From an uncultured Lachnospiraceae bacterium (GTDB lineage: Bacteria > Bacillota > Clostridia > Lachnospirales > Lachnospiraceae): a stretch of 64,000 nucleotides of DNA. Positions 11,846 through 22,044 of the stretch are shown here, in pieces; position 1 is the first letter of the stretch; each line of letters starts with the position of its first letter. The position numbers and the translations under genes were made by a program. The stretch spans positions 25,825 through 89,824 of the forward strand of contig OMXP01000001.1 of assembly GCA_900315055.1 (NCBI GenBank), written 5' to 3'. The notes beneath the pieces were generated by a model that saw nothing but the letters and a program-made list of their open reading frames with translations, was not told the origin of the DNA and made no database searches.

Positions 11846-12472
11846 ATGGGAGAACCGAAGGAGGAACACCCGCCGATCACCTTAAAGAAGGCGGCAAAGC
11901 ACTTTGTGACGATCACAACGCACCGGGAACTCGTACGGGAGGGCTGCTTTGCCGTGGGCTTGTATTATCAGGGCCTGACCCACGACCTGTCCAAGTACAG
12001 CCCGACGGAATTCCTGGTCGGCGCACGGTACTATCAGGGAACCCGCTCCCCGAACAACGCAGAGCGGGAGGACATCGGCTACTCGACGAGCTGGCTGCAT
12101 CACAAGGGACGCAACCGTCATCACTATGAGTACTGGCTCGACTACACGACCCGCCCGGAGGACGGCGGTGATCATATCGGGGTCATTCCCTGCAAGATGC
12201 CGGGCCGCTGCGTCGTCGAGATGTTCATGGACCGGATTGCGGCGAGCAAGGTGTACCACAAAGGCACCTACACGCAGGCAGATCCCTGGAACTACTACGT
12301 GCAGGGTCACACCTGGAATGCCCTGCACCCGGAGACGAGAAAGCTCCTGGAAAAGCTCCTTCTGATGCTGAAGGACGAGGGGGAGGAGAAGACCTTCGCC
12401 TATATCCGTGCGCACCTGTACCAGAAGAAGGATCCTGTGGAGAAGCTGATCTCGAAGATAAAGAAGTCATGA
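11846..12472 (+). CDS. DUF5662-like, HD-type metal-binding protein
   Basis: H...HDLSKYSPTEF and HHKGRNRHHYEYW His-rich motifs. Confidence 0.7.
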   Translation: MGEPKEEHPPITLKKAAKHFVTITTHRELVREGCFAVGLYYQGLTHDLSKYSPTEFLVGARYYQGTRSPNNAEREDIGYSTSWLHHKGRNRHHYEYWLDYTTRPEDGGDHIGVIPCKMPGRCVVEMFMDRIAASKVYHKGTYTQADPWNYYVQGHTWNALHPETRKLLEKLLLMLKDEGEEKTFAYIRAHLYQKKDPVEKLISKIKKS

Positions 12473-13230
12473 ACGTCACAGACCACGCCGAAGCGTTTGA
12501 GGCCGCAAGAGAAAAAGTCCTGACTTTATCCCCGAGAGTCCGGGAGGGAATCGGCACGCAGAAGGAAAAGACCCTGCATGCGATCCTGAAAAACACCTTT
12601 GATCCGGATCCCTCCCACCAGGAGATCCCCATCGACGGGTATATCGCAGACATCTTTGACGGACACGGGATCATTGAGATTCAGACCGCAAACTTCGGAA
12701 ACCTTCGGGACAAGCTGAAGGCCTATCTTCCGGAGCACAAGGTTCTGGTGGTCTATCCCATCCCGCATCTTAAATATGTCACCTGGATCGATCCCGAAAG
12801 CGGAGAGCTCAAAGAGCGCAACAAGTCCCCGCGAAAGGGATCTTTTTATCGTGCGGAGAAAGAACTCTACCGGATCCGGCCGTTCCTTACAGATCCGAAC
12901 CTCTCGATCGATCTTGTCCTGTGCGATATGGAGGAATACCGGGTAAAAGACGGCTGGGGATCGAACGGGAAGCGCGGCTCCCACCGGTACGACCGCGTCC
13001 CGGTGCGTATTGCCGGAGAGAAGATCCTGAACACCAGGGAGGACTATGCGTCCCTTCTTCCGGAGAATCTGCCGGATCCCTTTACGTCGGGAGATCTCAG
13101 GACGGCACTTTCAAAGGGAAATTACGGCGTTGACTTCTCGACCTGGTGCCTGCTTCTGTCGGAGGTCGGTGCCATCGAACGGATCGGTAAGAAGCGCGGC
13201 CGCTCGTTTCTCTATCGGCAGAAAGTATGA
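12469..13230 (+). CDS. Putative PD-(D/E)XK-fold nuclease with C-terminal winged-helix-like domain
   Basis: EKTLH...EIPIDGYIADI...IEIQT resembles DUF559/CoiA-type restriction-endonuclease-like motifs. 4-nt overlap with the upstream gene. Confidence 0.55.
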   Translation: MNVTDHAEAFEAAREKVLTLSPRVREGIGTQKEKTLHAILKNTFDPDPSHQEIPIDGYIADIFDGHGIIEIQTANFGNLRDKLKAYLPEHKVLVVYPIPHLKYVTWIDPESGELKERNKSPRKGSFYRAEKELYRIRPFLTDPNLSIDLVLCDMEEYRVKDGWGSNGKRGSHRYDRVPVRIAGEKILNTREDYASLLPENLPDPFTSGDLRTALSKGNYGVDFSTWCLLLSEVGAIERIGKKRGRSFLYRQKV

Positions 13231-13273
13231 TACAATCCAATGTCTGGGATGTCCCAAAAAAGGAGCAAACACC

Positions 13274-14602
13274 ATGAACGACCATTTTGACAAAGATGAA
13301 ATTACCGACCGCTTCGTATCCTATGCGAGCGTCTTTACGCAGTCCGAGGAAGGACACACGGATACCCCGTCCACGGACCGGCAGCGGGATCTTGCAAGGA
13401 TCCTGACGAAAGAACTTACGGACATGGGAGCAGCGGATGTGTACTTTGATGAGCCGCACTGCTACGTCTATGCGACCATCCCCGGGAACATCCCGGCAAA
13501 GGAAGAGGAGCTTGCAAAACGCAGTGACAGGATCGAAAAGCACCGCGAGAACATGGCGCCGATCCTCGGTTTTGTCGCCCACATGGACACCGTGGACGCC
13601 GTGCCGGGAGCAAGTGCGGTGCACCCGAGGGTCATCGACTCCTATGACGGAAAGGACATCGTCCTGAACAAAGACCTTGGTATTGTCCTGCCTTCGTCCG
13701 AGTACCCGGATCTTACCCGCATGATCGGGAAGCGCCTTGTCGTGACCGACGGCACCTCGGTCCTCGGGGCCGATGACAAGGCAGGCGTCGTGCAGATCAT
13801 GGAGATGGCTTCCTTCTTCCTGTCTCACCCTGACATCCCCCACGGGACGCTCCGGATCATGTTCACGCCGGATGAGGAGACCGGAAACGGAACGGCAAAC
13901 GTCGACTTCGACCATTTTGCCTGCGACTATGCCTACACCATCGACGGCGGCAGGATCGGAGAACTCGAGTACGAGAACTTCAATGCGGCAACGGCCGTTG
14001 TGACGATCACCGGAAAATCCATTCACCCGGGATCCGCCAAGGGCGTCATGCGGAACGCCTGCCTTGTCGCAATGGAGTATGCAGCCCTTCTTCCCGCCCT
14101 GGAAACTCCGTACTATACGGAAGGATATGAGGGATTCTATCACCTCGAGGAGATGCAGGGCGTCACCGACAAGGCGGTTCTGACCTACATCATCAGAGAT
14201 CACGACAAGGGTATCTTCGAACACCGCAAGGACGTCGTCAAAAAGGCAGCCAGGGCCATCAATGCGCGGTACGGGGAGGACATCGTTGACGTCTCCCTGA
14301 AGGATTCCTACTACAACATGAAGCAGAAGATCGAGCCGCACATGCATCTTGTGGAGAACGCGAAGAAAGCCATGGAGAAGGTCGGTGTGACACCGATCAT
14401 CGATCCCATTCGCGGCGGCACCGACGGGTGCGTGCTCTCCTATGAGGGCATTCCCTGCCCGAACCTTGGAACCGGCGGCTACAACTATCACAGCCGCTAT
14501 GAATACGCCTGCATCGACGAGATGATGCAGGGCTGTGAGATTCTGATCCGTCTCGGATCCTACTATGCATCCTATGAACTCGATGAACCCAAGACCCATT
14601 GA
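13274..14602 (+). CDS. pepT: Peptidase T (M20B tripeptide aminopeptidase)
   Basis: GFVAHMDT, LGADDKAG, FTPDEE, YTIDGG, YENFNAA, IRGGTDG and YNYHSRYE motifs. Confidence 0.95.
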   Translation: MNDHFDKDEITDRFVSYASVFTQSEEGHTDTPSTDRQRDLARILTKELTDMGAADVYFDEPHCYVYATIPGNIPAKEEELAKRSDRIEKHRENMAPILGFVAHMDTVDAVPGASAVHPRVIDSYDGKDIVLNKDLGIVLPSSEYPDLTRMIGKRLVVTDGTSVLGADDKAGVVQIMEMASFFLSHPDIPHGTLRIMFTPDEETGNGTANVDFDHFACDYAYTIDGGRIGELEYENFNAATAVVTITGKSIHPGSAKGVMRNACLVAMEYAALLPALETPYYTEGYEGFYHLEEMQGVTDKAVLTYIIRDHDKGIFEHRKDVVKKAARAINARYGEDIVDVSLKDSYYNMKQKIEPHMHLVENAKKAMEKVGVTPIIDPIRGGTDGCVLSYEGIPCPNLGTGGYNYHSRYEYACIDEMMQGCEILIRLGSYYASYELDEPKTH

Positions 14603-16073
14603 CAACCCGGCAGAAGATGAGAAGGAGCTGAAGCGCCAGGAGACCTTCCTTGCCCTGGCCTCCCACCAGGTGGAGGAACTGAAACTCCTTCTTGGCCGCA
14701 CCCCGACCTTCTGTGTCGTGAACTTCGGCTGCCAGATGAATGCCCGCGATGCGGAAAAGCTCTCCGGCATCCTGAAGAGCGCAGGCTATGAAGAGGGGCA
14801 GGACGAGAGCGCGGACTTTGTGATCTACAACACCTGCACGGTGCGGGACAACGCGGACAACCACTTCTTCGGAAGGCTGGGCCGTGCAGCCCACTGGAAG
14901 AAGGACAACCCCTTCATGCGGATCGCGGTCTGCGGCTGCATGATGCAGGAAGAGAAGAACATCGAGAAGATCAAAAAAAGCTACCCCTATGTGGATCTCA
15001 TCTTCGGAACCCACAACATCTTCCGCTTCCCGGAATATCTGACGAAGGTCAATGAGCCTCTTCTTGCGGGAAGGCGCCGCCACAGACTCCTTGTCGATGT
15101 CTGGCAGGAGACAGACCGTATCGTCGAGGATCTTCCCGTTGAGCGAAAGTATCCGTTCAAGAGCGGTGTCAACATCATGTTCGGGTGCAACAACTTCTGC
15201 TCCTACTGCATCGTCCCCTATGTGCGTGGCAGGGAGCGAAGCCGCAAGGCAAAGGATATCGTGCGGGAGATTGAGTCTCTCGTAAAAGACGGCGTGGTCG
15301 AGGTCATGCTCCTTGGACAGAACGTGAACTCCTACGGCAATGACCTTCGGGCCCTGAACGATCCGGACGCGATGACCTTTGCAGAGCTTCTCGATGAAGT
15401 GGCAGACATTCCGGGCCTCAAGCGCGTGCGTTTCATGACCCCGCACCCGAAGGACTTTACGGACGATGTCCTGGAAGTCATGCAGAAGCATAAAAATATC
15501 GCGCGCCATGTCCACCTCCCGCTGCAGTCCGGCTCCTCCAGGATCCTGAAGGTGATGAACCGGCGATACACTAAGGAGCAGTACCTGACCCTTGCAGAAA
15601 AGATCCGCGAGGTTCTTCCCGATGCCGCGATCACGACCGACATCATCGCGGGATTCCCCGGCGAGACGGCAGAGGATATCGACGAGACGATCGATGTCAT
15701 CAGCAAAGTCCAGTACGACAATGCCTACACCTTCATCTACTCCCCGCGGACCGGAACCCCGGCAGCAGCGATGGCACAGGTACCAAAAGACGTGGTGCAG
15801 CAGGGATTTGACCGGATCCTTGCTGCCGTGCAGGAGAGTGCAAAGAAGAGGGCAGGCCTCTTGCAGGGAAAGGTCCTCTGCGGTCTTTGCGAGGAGATCG
15901 ATGAGCAGAAGAAGGGGTATGTCACCTGCCGCCTTTCCTCGAACATGATTGTCCATGTGCCGGGCGATGCGTCGATGATCGGCAGGTTCTATGATGTATC
16001 CCTCGATACGTGCATGGGCTTTTACTATTTCGGCCATGTGGTCCGGGAGAATGAGACCGGACTCGATGAGTAA
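14565..16073 (+). CDS. miaB: tRNA-2-methylthio-N6-dimethylallyladenosine synthase
   Basis: FGCQMN, NTCTVR, GCMMQ, radical SAM GCNNFCSYC and a C-terminal TRAM domain. Exact start is uncertain (14565/14574/14583). Confidence 0.93.
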   Translation: MHPMNSMNPRPIDNPAEDEKELKRQETFLALASHQVEELKLLLGRTPTFCVVNFGCQMNARDAEKLSGILKSAGYEEGQDESADFVIYNTCTVRDNADNHFFGRLGRAAHWKKDNPFMRIAVCGCMMQEEKNIEKIKKSYPYVDLIFGTHNIFRFPEYLTKVNEPLLAGRRRHRLLVDVWQETDRIVEDLPVERKYPFKSGVNIMFGCNNFCSYCIVPYVRGRERSRKAKDIVREIESLVKDGVVEVMLLGQNVNSYGNDLRALNDPDAMTFAELLDEVADIPGLKRVRFMTPHPKDFTDDVLEVMQKHKNIARHVHLPLQSGSSRILKVMNRRYTKEQYLTLAEKIREVLPDAAITTDIIAGFPGETAEDIDETIDVISKVQYDNAYTFIYSPRTGTPAAAMAQVPKDVVQQGFDRILAAVQESAKKRAGLLQGKVLCGLCEEIDEQKKGYVTCRLSSNMIVHVPGDASMIGRFYDVSLDTCMGFYYFGHVVRENETGLDE

Positions 16074-16085
16074 ACGGAGAAAACT

Positions 16086-18806
16086 TTGAAGATTTCGGAA
16101 GTGGACCTGAATCAGGTCTCCCCGATGATGCGGGAGTACATTGAGACCAAGAACCAGTACCCGGACTGCCTTCTGTTCTACCGGATCGGCGACTTTTACG
16201 AGATGTTCTTCGAGGATGCCGAGACGGTCTCGAAGGAGCTGGAGCTGACCCTGACGGGAAAGAGCTGCGGTCTTTCGGAGCGGGCGCCGATGTGCGGCGT
16301 CCCCTTTCATGCGGTGGACGTCTACATCGCAAAGCTTGTCGAGAAGGGGTACCGCGTTGCGGTCTGCGAGCAGATCGAAGACCCGCGCTTTGCAAAGGGA
16401 CTGGTAAAGCGGGCAATCACGAAGATCGTGACCCCGGGCACGATGACGAGCCTCGAGACGCTCGATGAGAACAGGAACAACTACCTGTTCTGTGTCTGCT
16501 ATGATGAGAAGGTGACGGGCATCGCTGTCTGCGATGTGTCGACGGGCGACTTCTATGAGACCCAGGTTTCCGGCCGGCAGAAGATCCTCGACGAGATCAT
16601 GAAATATGCTCCCTCGGAGATCATCTGCAACGAGGCGTTCCTTTCAAGCGGCGTCGACCTCGACGATCTCCGGACCCGGCTTGGCATCGCGCTGAACAGC
16701 CTCGACGTGCACTATTTCAGCGAGGCAACCTGCGTCAAGCTTCTTCTATCACATTTCAAGGTTTCGAGTCTTGTCGCCCTCGGCATTGACGACATGCGCT
16801 TCGGGAATCTTGCGGCGGGAGCGCTCCTCCAGTACCTGTATGAGACGCAGAAGAACGACCTGTCGAACATCACGAAGATCGACGCCTATGTGAGCGGCCG
16901 CTACATGCTCCTCGACACCGCAACAAGGAGAAATCTCGAGCTCACCGGAACCCTTCGGGAAAACAGGGTCAAAGGGTCGCTCCTGTGGGTTCTCGACCGC
17001 ACGAAGACCGCGATGGGAGCACGCCTTCTTCGCCAGTACCTCGAGCAGCCGCTCATCGATGCAAAGGAGATTGCAAGGCGCCAGGATGCGCTGCAGACAC
17101 TCCTTGACAACAGCGTCGACCGGGACGAGATAAGAGAGTATCTCCAGCCGATTTACGACATGGAGCGTCTCATGACAAAGATCTCCTTCGGTTCTGCCAA
17201 TCCGAGGGATGTGGTCTCGTTCCGGGAATCCCTGAAGATGATCTCCCCGATCCGGAAGGTCCTTGCCCCGTATGCGGGAGGCGATTCCGAGCTCTCCGAT
17301 ATCGAGAAGGATCTCGGAAACTTTGATGATCTCGTGGATCTTTTAACCCGCGCCATCGACGATGATCCGCCGATGGCGATGAAGGAAGGCGGGATCATCA
17401 AGGCAGGCTACAACGAGGACGTCGACCGGTATAGGAAGGCAAAGACCGACGGCAGGCAGTGGCTTGCCGATCTCGAGGAGAAGACACGGCAGGAGACCGG
17501 CATCAAGAACCTGAAGATCAAGTTCAACAACGTCTTCGGATACTTCTTTGAGGTCACAAACTCCTTCAAGGACCTGGTCCCGAAGGAATTCGAGCGAAAG
17601 CAGACCCTGGTCGGCTCCGAGCGGTACACGACGCCGGCCTTAAAGGATCTCGAGAACACGATTCTCGGTGCCCAGGACAAGCTGAACGACCTCGAGTACG
17701 AGCTCTTTGTCGAGGTGAAGAAGAAGATCGCGGAGAGGATCGAGGATATCCAGACGGCTGCCAAGGCCGTTGCACGCCTCGATGTTCTCTGCTCCCTTTC
17801 TCTTGTCAGTGAGAGGAACCGGTATGTCCGTCCGACACTGAATGACAAGGGACTCATCAAAATCAGGGGCGGCCGTCACCCGGTCGTCGAGGCGATGATG
17901 GACGGGGAGTTCATCTCCAATGACACGCTGCTCGATAACAGAAAGAACAGCATCGCCATCATCACCGGCCCGAACATGGCCGGCAAATCGACCTACATGC
18001 GGCAGGTAGCCCTCATCGTCCTGATGAACCAGATCGGCTGCTTTGTACCGGCAACGGAGGCGGATCTGTGCGTCGTCGACCGGATCTTTACGAGGGTCGG
18101 TGCAAGTGATGACCTGGGATCCGGCCAGTCGACGTTCATGGTCGAGATGAACGAGGTCGCGAACATCCTCCGCAATGCGACGAGCCAGTCTCTCATCATC
18201 CTCGATGAGATCGGACGGGGGACGAGCACCTATGACGGCCTCTCGATTGCCTGGGCGGTCGTCGAGTACATCAGCAACAAGAAGTTCCTCGGGGCGAAGA
18301 CCCTGTTTGCCACCCATTACCACGAGCTCACCGAGCTTGAGGGCAAGATGAACAACGTGACCAACTACTGCGTTGCGGTAAAGGAGAAGGGAGACGACAT
18401 CATCTTCCTTCGAAAGATCGTGCGCGGCGGTGCGGACAAGTCCTACGGCATCCAGGTGGCCCGCCTTGCAGGCCTTCCGGACATCGTCATCGACCGGGCA
18501 AAGGAGATCTGCGATCAGATCTCCGACAACGACATCACCGAGAAGGTGCAGAAGATCGAGGTGAAAACCGATTCGGCAGGCGGCAGAAAGAAGGTCACGC
18601 ACTATGACGACGTCGACATCGGGCAGATGAGCCTGTTTCAGAACACCTCCGAGCAGAACGTGCTCGATGAGCTGAAGGCTGTCGATATCCAGAACCTCAC
18701 CCCGATGGATGCGCTGAACACGCTCTACCGTCTGCAGAGCGAGCTGAAGAACGTCTGGCAGACGAAGGATATAAATCATGGCGAAGATACATCTGCTAAG
18801 CTCTGA
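16086..18806 (+). CDS. mutS: DNA mismatch repair protein MutS
   Basis: SPMM.EY, FYRIGDFYEMFFEDA, GPNMAGKSTYMRQ, DEIGRGTST and ATHYHEL motifs. TTG start. Confidence 0.98.
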   Translation: MKISEVDLNQVSPMMREYIETKNQYPDCLLFYRIGDFYEMFFEDAETVSKELELTLTGKSCGLSERAPMCGVPFHAVDVYIAKLVEKGYRVAVCEQIEDPRFAKGLVKRAITKIVTPGTMTSLETLDENRNNYLFCVCYDEKVTGIAVCDVSTGDFYETQVSGRQKILDEIMKYAPSEIICNEAFLSSGVDLDDLRTRLGIALNSLDVHYFSEATCVKLLLSHFKVSSLVALGIDDMRFGNLAAGALLQYLYETQKNDLSNITKIDAYVSGRYMLLDTATRRNLELTGTLRENRVKGSLLWVLDRTKTAMGARLLRQYLEQPLIDAKEIARRQDALQTLLDNSVDRDEIREYLQPIYDMERLMTKISFGSANPRDVVSFRESLKMISPIRKVLAPYAGGDSELSDIEKDLGNFDDLVDLLTRAIDDDPPMAMKEGGIIKAGYNEDVDRYRKAKTDGRQWLADLEEKTRQETGIKNLKIKFNNVFGYFFEVTNSFKDLVPKEFERKQTLVGSERYTTPALKDLENTILGAQDKLNDLEYELFVEVKKKIAERIEDIQTAAKAVARLDVLCSLSLVSERNRYVRPTLNDKGLIKIRGGRHPVVEAMMDGEFISNDTLLDNRKNSIAIITGPNMAGKSTYMRQVALIVLMNQIGCFVPATEADLCVVDRIFTRVGASDDLGSGQSTFMVEMNEVANILRNATSQSLIILDEIGRGTSTYDGLSIAWAVVEYISNKKFLGAKTLFATHYHELTELEGKMNNVTNYCVAVKEKGDDIIFLRKIVRGGADKSYGIQVARLAGLPDIVIDRAKEICDQISDNDITEKVQKIEVKTDSAGGRKKVTHYDDVDIGQMSLFQNTSEQNVLDELKAVDIQNLTPMDALNTLYRLQSELKNVWQTKDINHGEDTSAKL

Positions 18807-21051
18807 TACCATCAACAAGATCGCGGCGGGCGAGGTGGTCGAGCGCCCCTTAAACGTCGTGAAGGAGCTCACCGAGAATGCGATCGATGCGGGAGCCTCC
18901 GCGATCACGATCGACATCAAGAACGGCGGCATCGACATGATCCGCGTGACCGACAACGGCTGCGGCATCGAGGCGGATCAGGTCGTGAACGCGTTCCGGA
19001 GGCATGCGACCAGCAAGATCGAGGACGCGAAGGATCTGGAAAGCCTGACAAGTCTCGGGTTCCGCGGCGAAGCGCTCTCCTCGATCGCCGCGATCTCGGA
19101 GGTAGAGCTCATCACCAAGACGAGAGATGCGATTGTCGGGACGAGGGCGACAAACCTCTCCCTCTCCCTGGCAGATCCCCAGACAGCGGATGTCATCCCT
19201 CTCGAGATCTCCGAGGCCGGTGCTCCGGACGGGACCTCCGTTATCGTCCGGAACCTCTTCTACAACGTGCCGGTCCGGCGAAAGTTCCTGAAGTCCGCAC
19301 AGACGGAGGGAGCGTATATCACGGACCTTGTGGAGAAGCTTGCGCTCTCACATCCGGATATCTCCTTCCACTACACGATGAACCGGCAGGAGAAGCTCCA
19401 CACCACCGGAAACGGCAGGGAGAAGGAAGTCCTGTTCCGGATCTACGGACGGCAGATGGCAGATGCCGTCATCCCCATCGGCGCATCGGACGGGGACTTT
19501 ACCCTGACCGGCTTTCTCGGCCGTCCGGAACACGCAAGATCCTCCCGCTCCCAGGAGATCTTCTTTGTCAACAACAGGGTCCTTCGCTCCGAGGTGCTTT
19601 CCAAGGCCCTGGAGGAGGGGTACGGTACGGATCTCATGCAGCACCGGTTCCCGTTTGCCATCCTGCACCTAGGTGTCCCTGCAGACCTCGAGGACGTCAA
19701 TGTCCACCCGTCGAAGATGGAGGTTCGCTTCTCCGATCCGCGCCTTGTCTACGACTTTGTAAAGGATGCGGTTGACCGGACACTCCATAAAGTCGAGCTG
19801 ATCCCGAGATCCGGTTTTGAGACGCAGGAGGAAGAGGCAAAGAGGAAGCGACTTGAGGAGATGAAGAAGCAGGAGGCACTGAAGAATGCCCCCCACACGG
19901 AGCAGTTTGAGCAGCAGCGCCTGAAGGAGGAAGGGGTGAGCCTGCCTCCCCTTCGGACCCCGGTTAAAAAAGAAGATCCGAACGTGCTTCACGAGGACTT
20001 CAGGAAAACACCCACTGCCTTTGCGCCGTTTATCCACGAAGTGAAGAAGACGGCAGAAGAGGGTGCAGAGCCTCTGACAGAACAGGCAGCAGAGGAGGGA
20101 AAGAAGGCTTCCTCATCGGAAAGCAAGGCTTTTGCACCTTCCGCAGTTCCTGCTTCCGCGCCATCTTCTGATACCGCGGGCAAAGAAACAGAGGACTTTC
20201 TGTTCATCGACCGGACAGACGATGAGAAGAAAGACAGAACAGAAGAGACACAGGCTGTAAAGGAATCGGAAGACGGGATCGCAAAGGAGAAAAAATCCTC
20301 CGGAACCTTCGAGCAGGCAAGCCTGTTTCCGAATCAGGACGAGCCGGAGGAGAAGACCGAGGAAGAGAAGAATACGGAAGCTCTCATCGCCGATGCCGCG
20401 CGTCAGGCGGGGGATTCCGCCTATGTGGGAAGCCTTCAGGAGCATCTCTTCACGAAGGAAAACCGGAAGAACGTCCGCATCGTCGGCTGTGTGTTCAAAA
20501 CCTACTGGATCCTGGAAATCGGCGACCGGATGCTCCTCATGGACCAGCATGCGGCCCACGAGAAGGTAAATTTCGAGCACCTGATGAAGCGCCTTGTCAG
20601 CAGGCAGGGTCAGCAGCAGGACTCTCAGCTCCTGTCCCCGCCGCTTGTTGTCAACCTCACCGGAAAAGAAGAGGCGGCCTATGAGCAGTACCGGGACGTC
20701 TTTGCCCGCATGGGGTATGAGATTGAAAATTACGGCGACAATGCCTATGCGCTTCGCGCCGTGCCGCTCGAGCTCTACCGGAACGATCCGGATACGCTTC
20801 TTGTCGAGATCCTCGATGAGATTCTCTCCGAGAAGATGACCGGCACTCCGGCGGCGATTCTCTACCGGATTGCCTCCATGTCCTGCAAGGCGGCGGTCAA
20901 GGGCGGACAGCAGATCTCTGCTTCCGAGGCAAAGGTTCTCGTCGATGAGCTGCTCTCCCTCGACAATCCCTTCCACTGCCCCCACGGAAGGCCGACGATG
21001 ATCGAGTTCTCAGAGCGGGATCTCGAGAAGAAGTTCAAGAGGATCGTGTGA
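18778..21051 (+). CDS. mutL: DNA mismatch repair endonuclease MutL
   Basis: KIAAGEVVERP, ENAIDAG, HATSKI, GFRGEAL, DVNVHPSK, and endonuclease motifs DQHAAHEK...E, SCK, CPHGRP. Confidence 0.98.
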   Translation: MAKIHLLSSDTINKIAAGEVVERPLNVVKELTENAIDAGASAITIDIKNGGIDMIRVTDNGCGIEADQVVNAFRRHATSKIEDAKDLESLTSLGFRGEALSSIAAISEVELITKTRDAIVGTRATNLSLSLADPQTADVIPLEISEAGAPDGTSVIVRNLFYNVPVRRKFLKSAQTEGAYITDLVEKLALSHPDISFHYTMNRQEKLHTTGNGREKEVLFRIYGRQMADAVIPIGASDGDFTLTGFLGRPEHARSSRSQEIFFVNNRVLRSEVLSKALEEGYGTDLMQHRFPFAILHLGVPADLEDVNVHPSKMEVRFSDPRLVYDFVKDAVDRTLHKVELIPRSGFETQEEEAKRKRLEEMKKQEALKNAPHTEQFEQQRLKEEGVSLPPLRTPVKKEDPNVLHEDFRKTPTAFAPFIHEVKKTAEEGAEPLTEQAAEEGKKASSSESKAFAPSAVPASAPSSDTAGKETEDFLFIDRTDDEKKDRTEETQAVKESEDGIAKEKKSSGTFEQASLFPNQDEPEEKTEEEKNTEALIADAARQAGDSAYVGSLQEHLFTKENRKNVRIVGCVFKTYWILEIGDRMLLMDQHAAHEKVNFEHLMKRLVSRQGQQQDSQLLSPPLVVNLTGKEEAAYEQYRDVFARMGYEIENYGDNAYALRAVPLELYRNDPDTLLVEILDEILSEKMTGTPAAILYRIASMSCKAAVKGGQQISASEAKVLVDELLSLDNPFHCPHGRPTMIEFSERDLEKKFKRIV

Positions 21052-21059
21052 GGAAGGCA

Positions 21060-22025
21060 ATGGACAACAACAGAAAACCGCCCCTTGTCATTGTGGCGGG
21101 TCCCACGGCGTCCGGAAAGAGCGATGCGGCAGTGGAGCTGTGCCTTCGCCTTCACGGCGAGGTGATCAGTGCGGACTCCATGCAGGTCTACCGGGGCATG
21201 GACATCGGAAGTGCGAAGATCACGAAGGAGGAGATGCGGGGCGTCCCGCACCACCTCATCGATATCCGGGATCCGAAAGAGCCCTGGAACGTCGTACTGT
21301 TCCAGCAGGAGGCCAGAAAGGCGGCCTCTGACATCCTGTCCCGGGGAAAGCTTCCCTTCCTGGTCGGCGGGACCGGGTTCTATATCCAGTCCCTTCTCTA
21401 TGACATCGACTTTACCAGGATGGACGAGGATACGGCATATCGAAAGCAGCTGCAGGAGATTGCAGACCGGGAGGGAAATGAGGCCCTGCACCGCATGCTG
21501 GAGGAGGTCGATCCGAAGGCTGCAGCGATCCTTCACCCGAACAATGTCAAGCGTGTGATCCGCGCCCTGGAATACTTCCGGGAGAGCGGGACCTCGATTG
21601 CTGATCACAACGAGGAACAGAGGCAGAAAGAGCCGGCATTTGATGCGCTGTTCTTTGTCCTCACCATGGACCGGGAAAGACTCTACCGGAGGATCAACCA
21701 GAGAGTGGACCGCATGATGGAAGAAGGGCTTGAGGACGAGTGCAGACATCTTGCCGATGAGGGCCTTACCCTGTCCGATGTCTCCATGCAGGGGCTTGGC
21801 TACAGGCAGATGCTGGAGTACTTTGAGGGACAATGGACGAGGGAAGAAGCGATCGAACAGATCAAGGAGCAGACGCGGCACTTTGCAAAGCGGCAGCTCA
21901 CCTGGTTTCGAAGAGAGAAAAATGTCACCTGGGTCAGCCGGGATGACTTTGAGCGTACAGATGCAATGCTCTCCTTCATGGAGAAAAGCATCAGGGAAAA
22001 GTATCAGGAACAAAATAAAGATTAG
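21060..22025 (+). CDS. miaA: tRNA dimethylallyltransferase
   Basis: GPTASGKS, ISADSMQVYRGMDIGSAK, VGGTGFY and FAKRQLTWFR motifs. Confidence 0.97.
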   Translation: MDNNRKPPLVIVAGPTASGKSDAAVELCLRLHGEVISADSMQVYRGMDIGSAKITKEEMRGVPHHLIDIRDPKEPWNVVLFQQEARKAASDILSRGKLPFLVGGTGFYIQSLLYDIDFTRMDEDTAYRKQLQEIADREGNEALHRMLEEVDPKAAAILHPNNVKRVIRALEYFRESGTSIADHNEEQRQKEPAFDALFFVLTMDRERLYRRINQRVDRMMEEGLEDECRHLADEGLTLSDVSMQGLGYRQMLEYFEGQWTREEAIEQIKEQTRHFAKRQLTWFRREKNVTWVSRDDFERTDAMLSFMEKSIREKYQEQNKD

Positions 22026-22044
22026 AAACAGAAGAGAAGACAAA

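Noticed and set aside
13097-16310. Long minus-strand ORFs (557 aa and 637 aa)
   Set aside because: Antisense shadows of pepT and miaB; stop codons are scarce on the opposite strand of GC3-rich genes.
18778-18806. 29-nt mutS/mutL overlap with a short non-conserved MutS tail
   Set aside because: Small overlaps from stop-codon drift are common in this operon; no sign of function.
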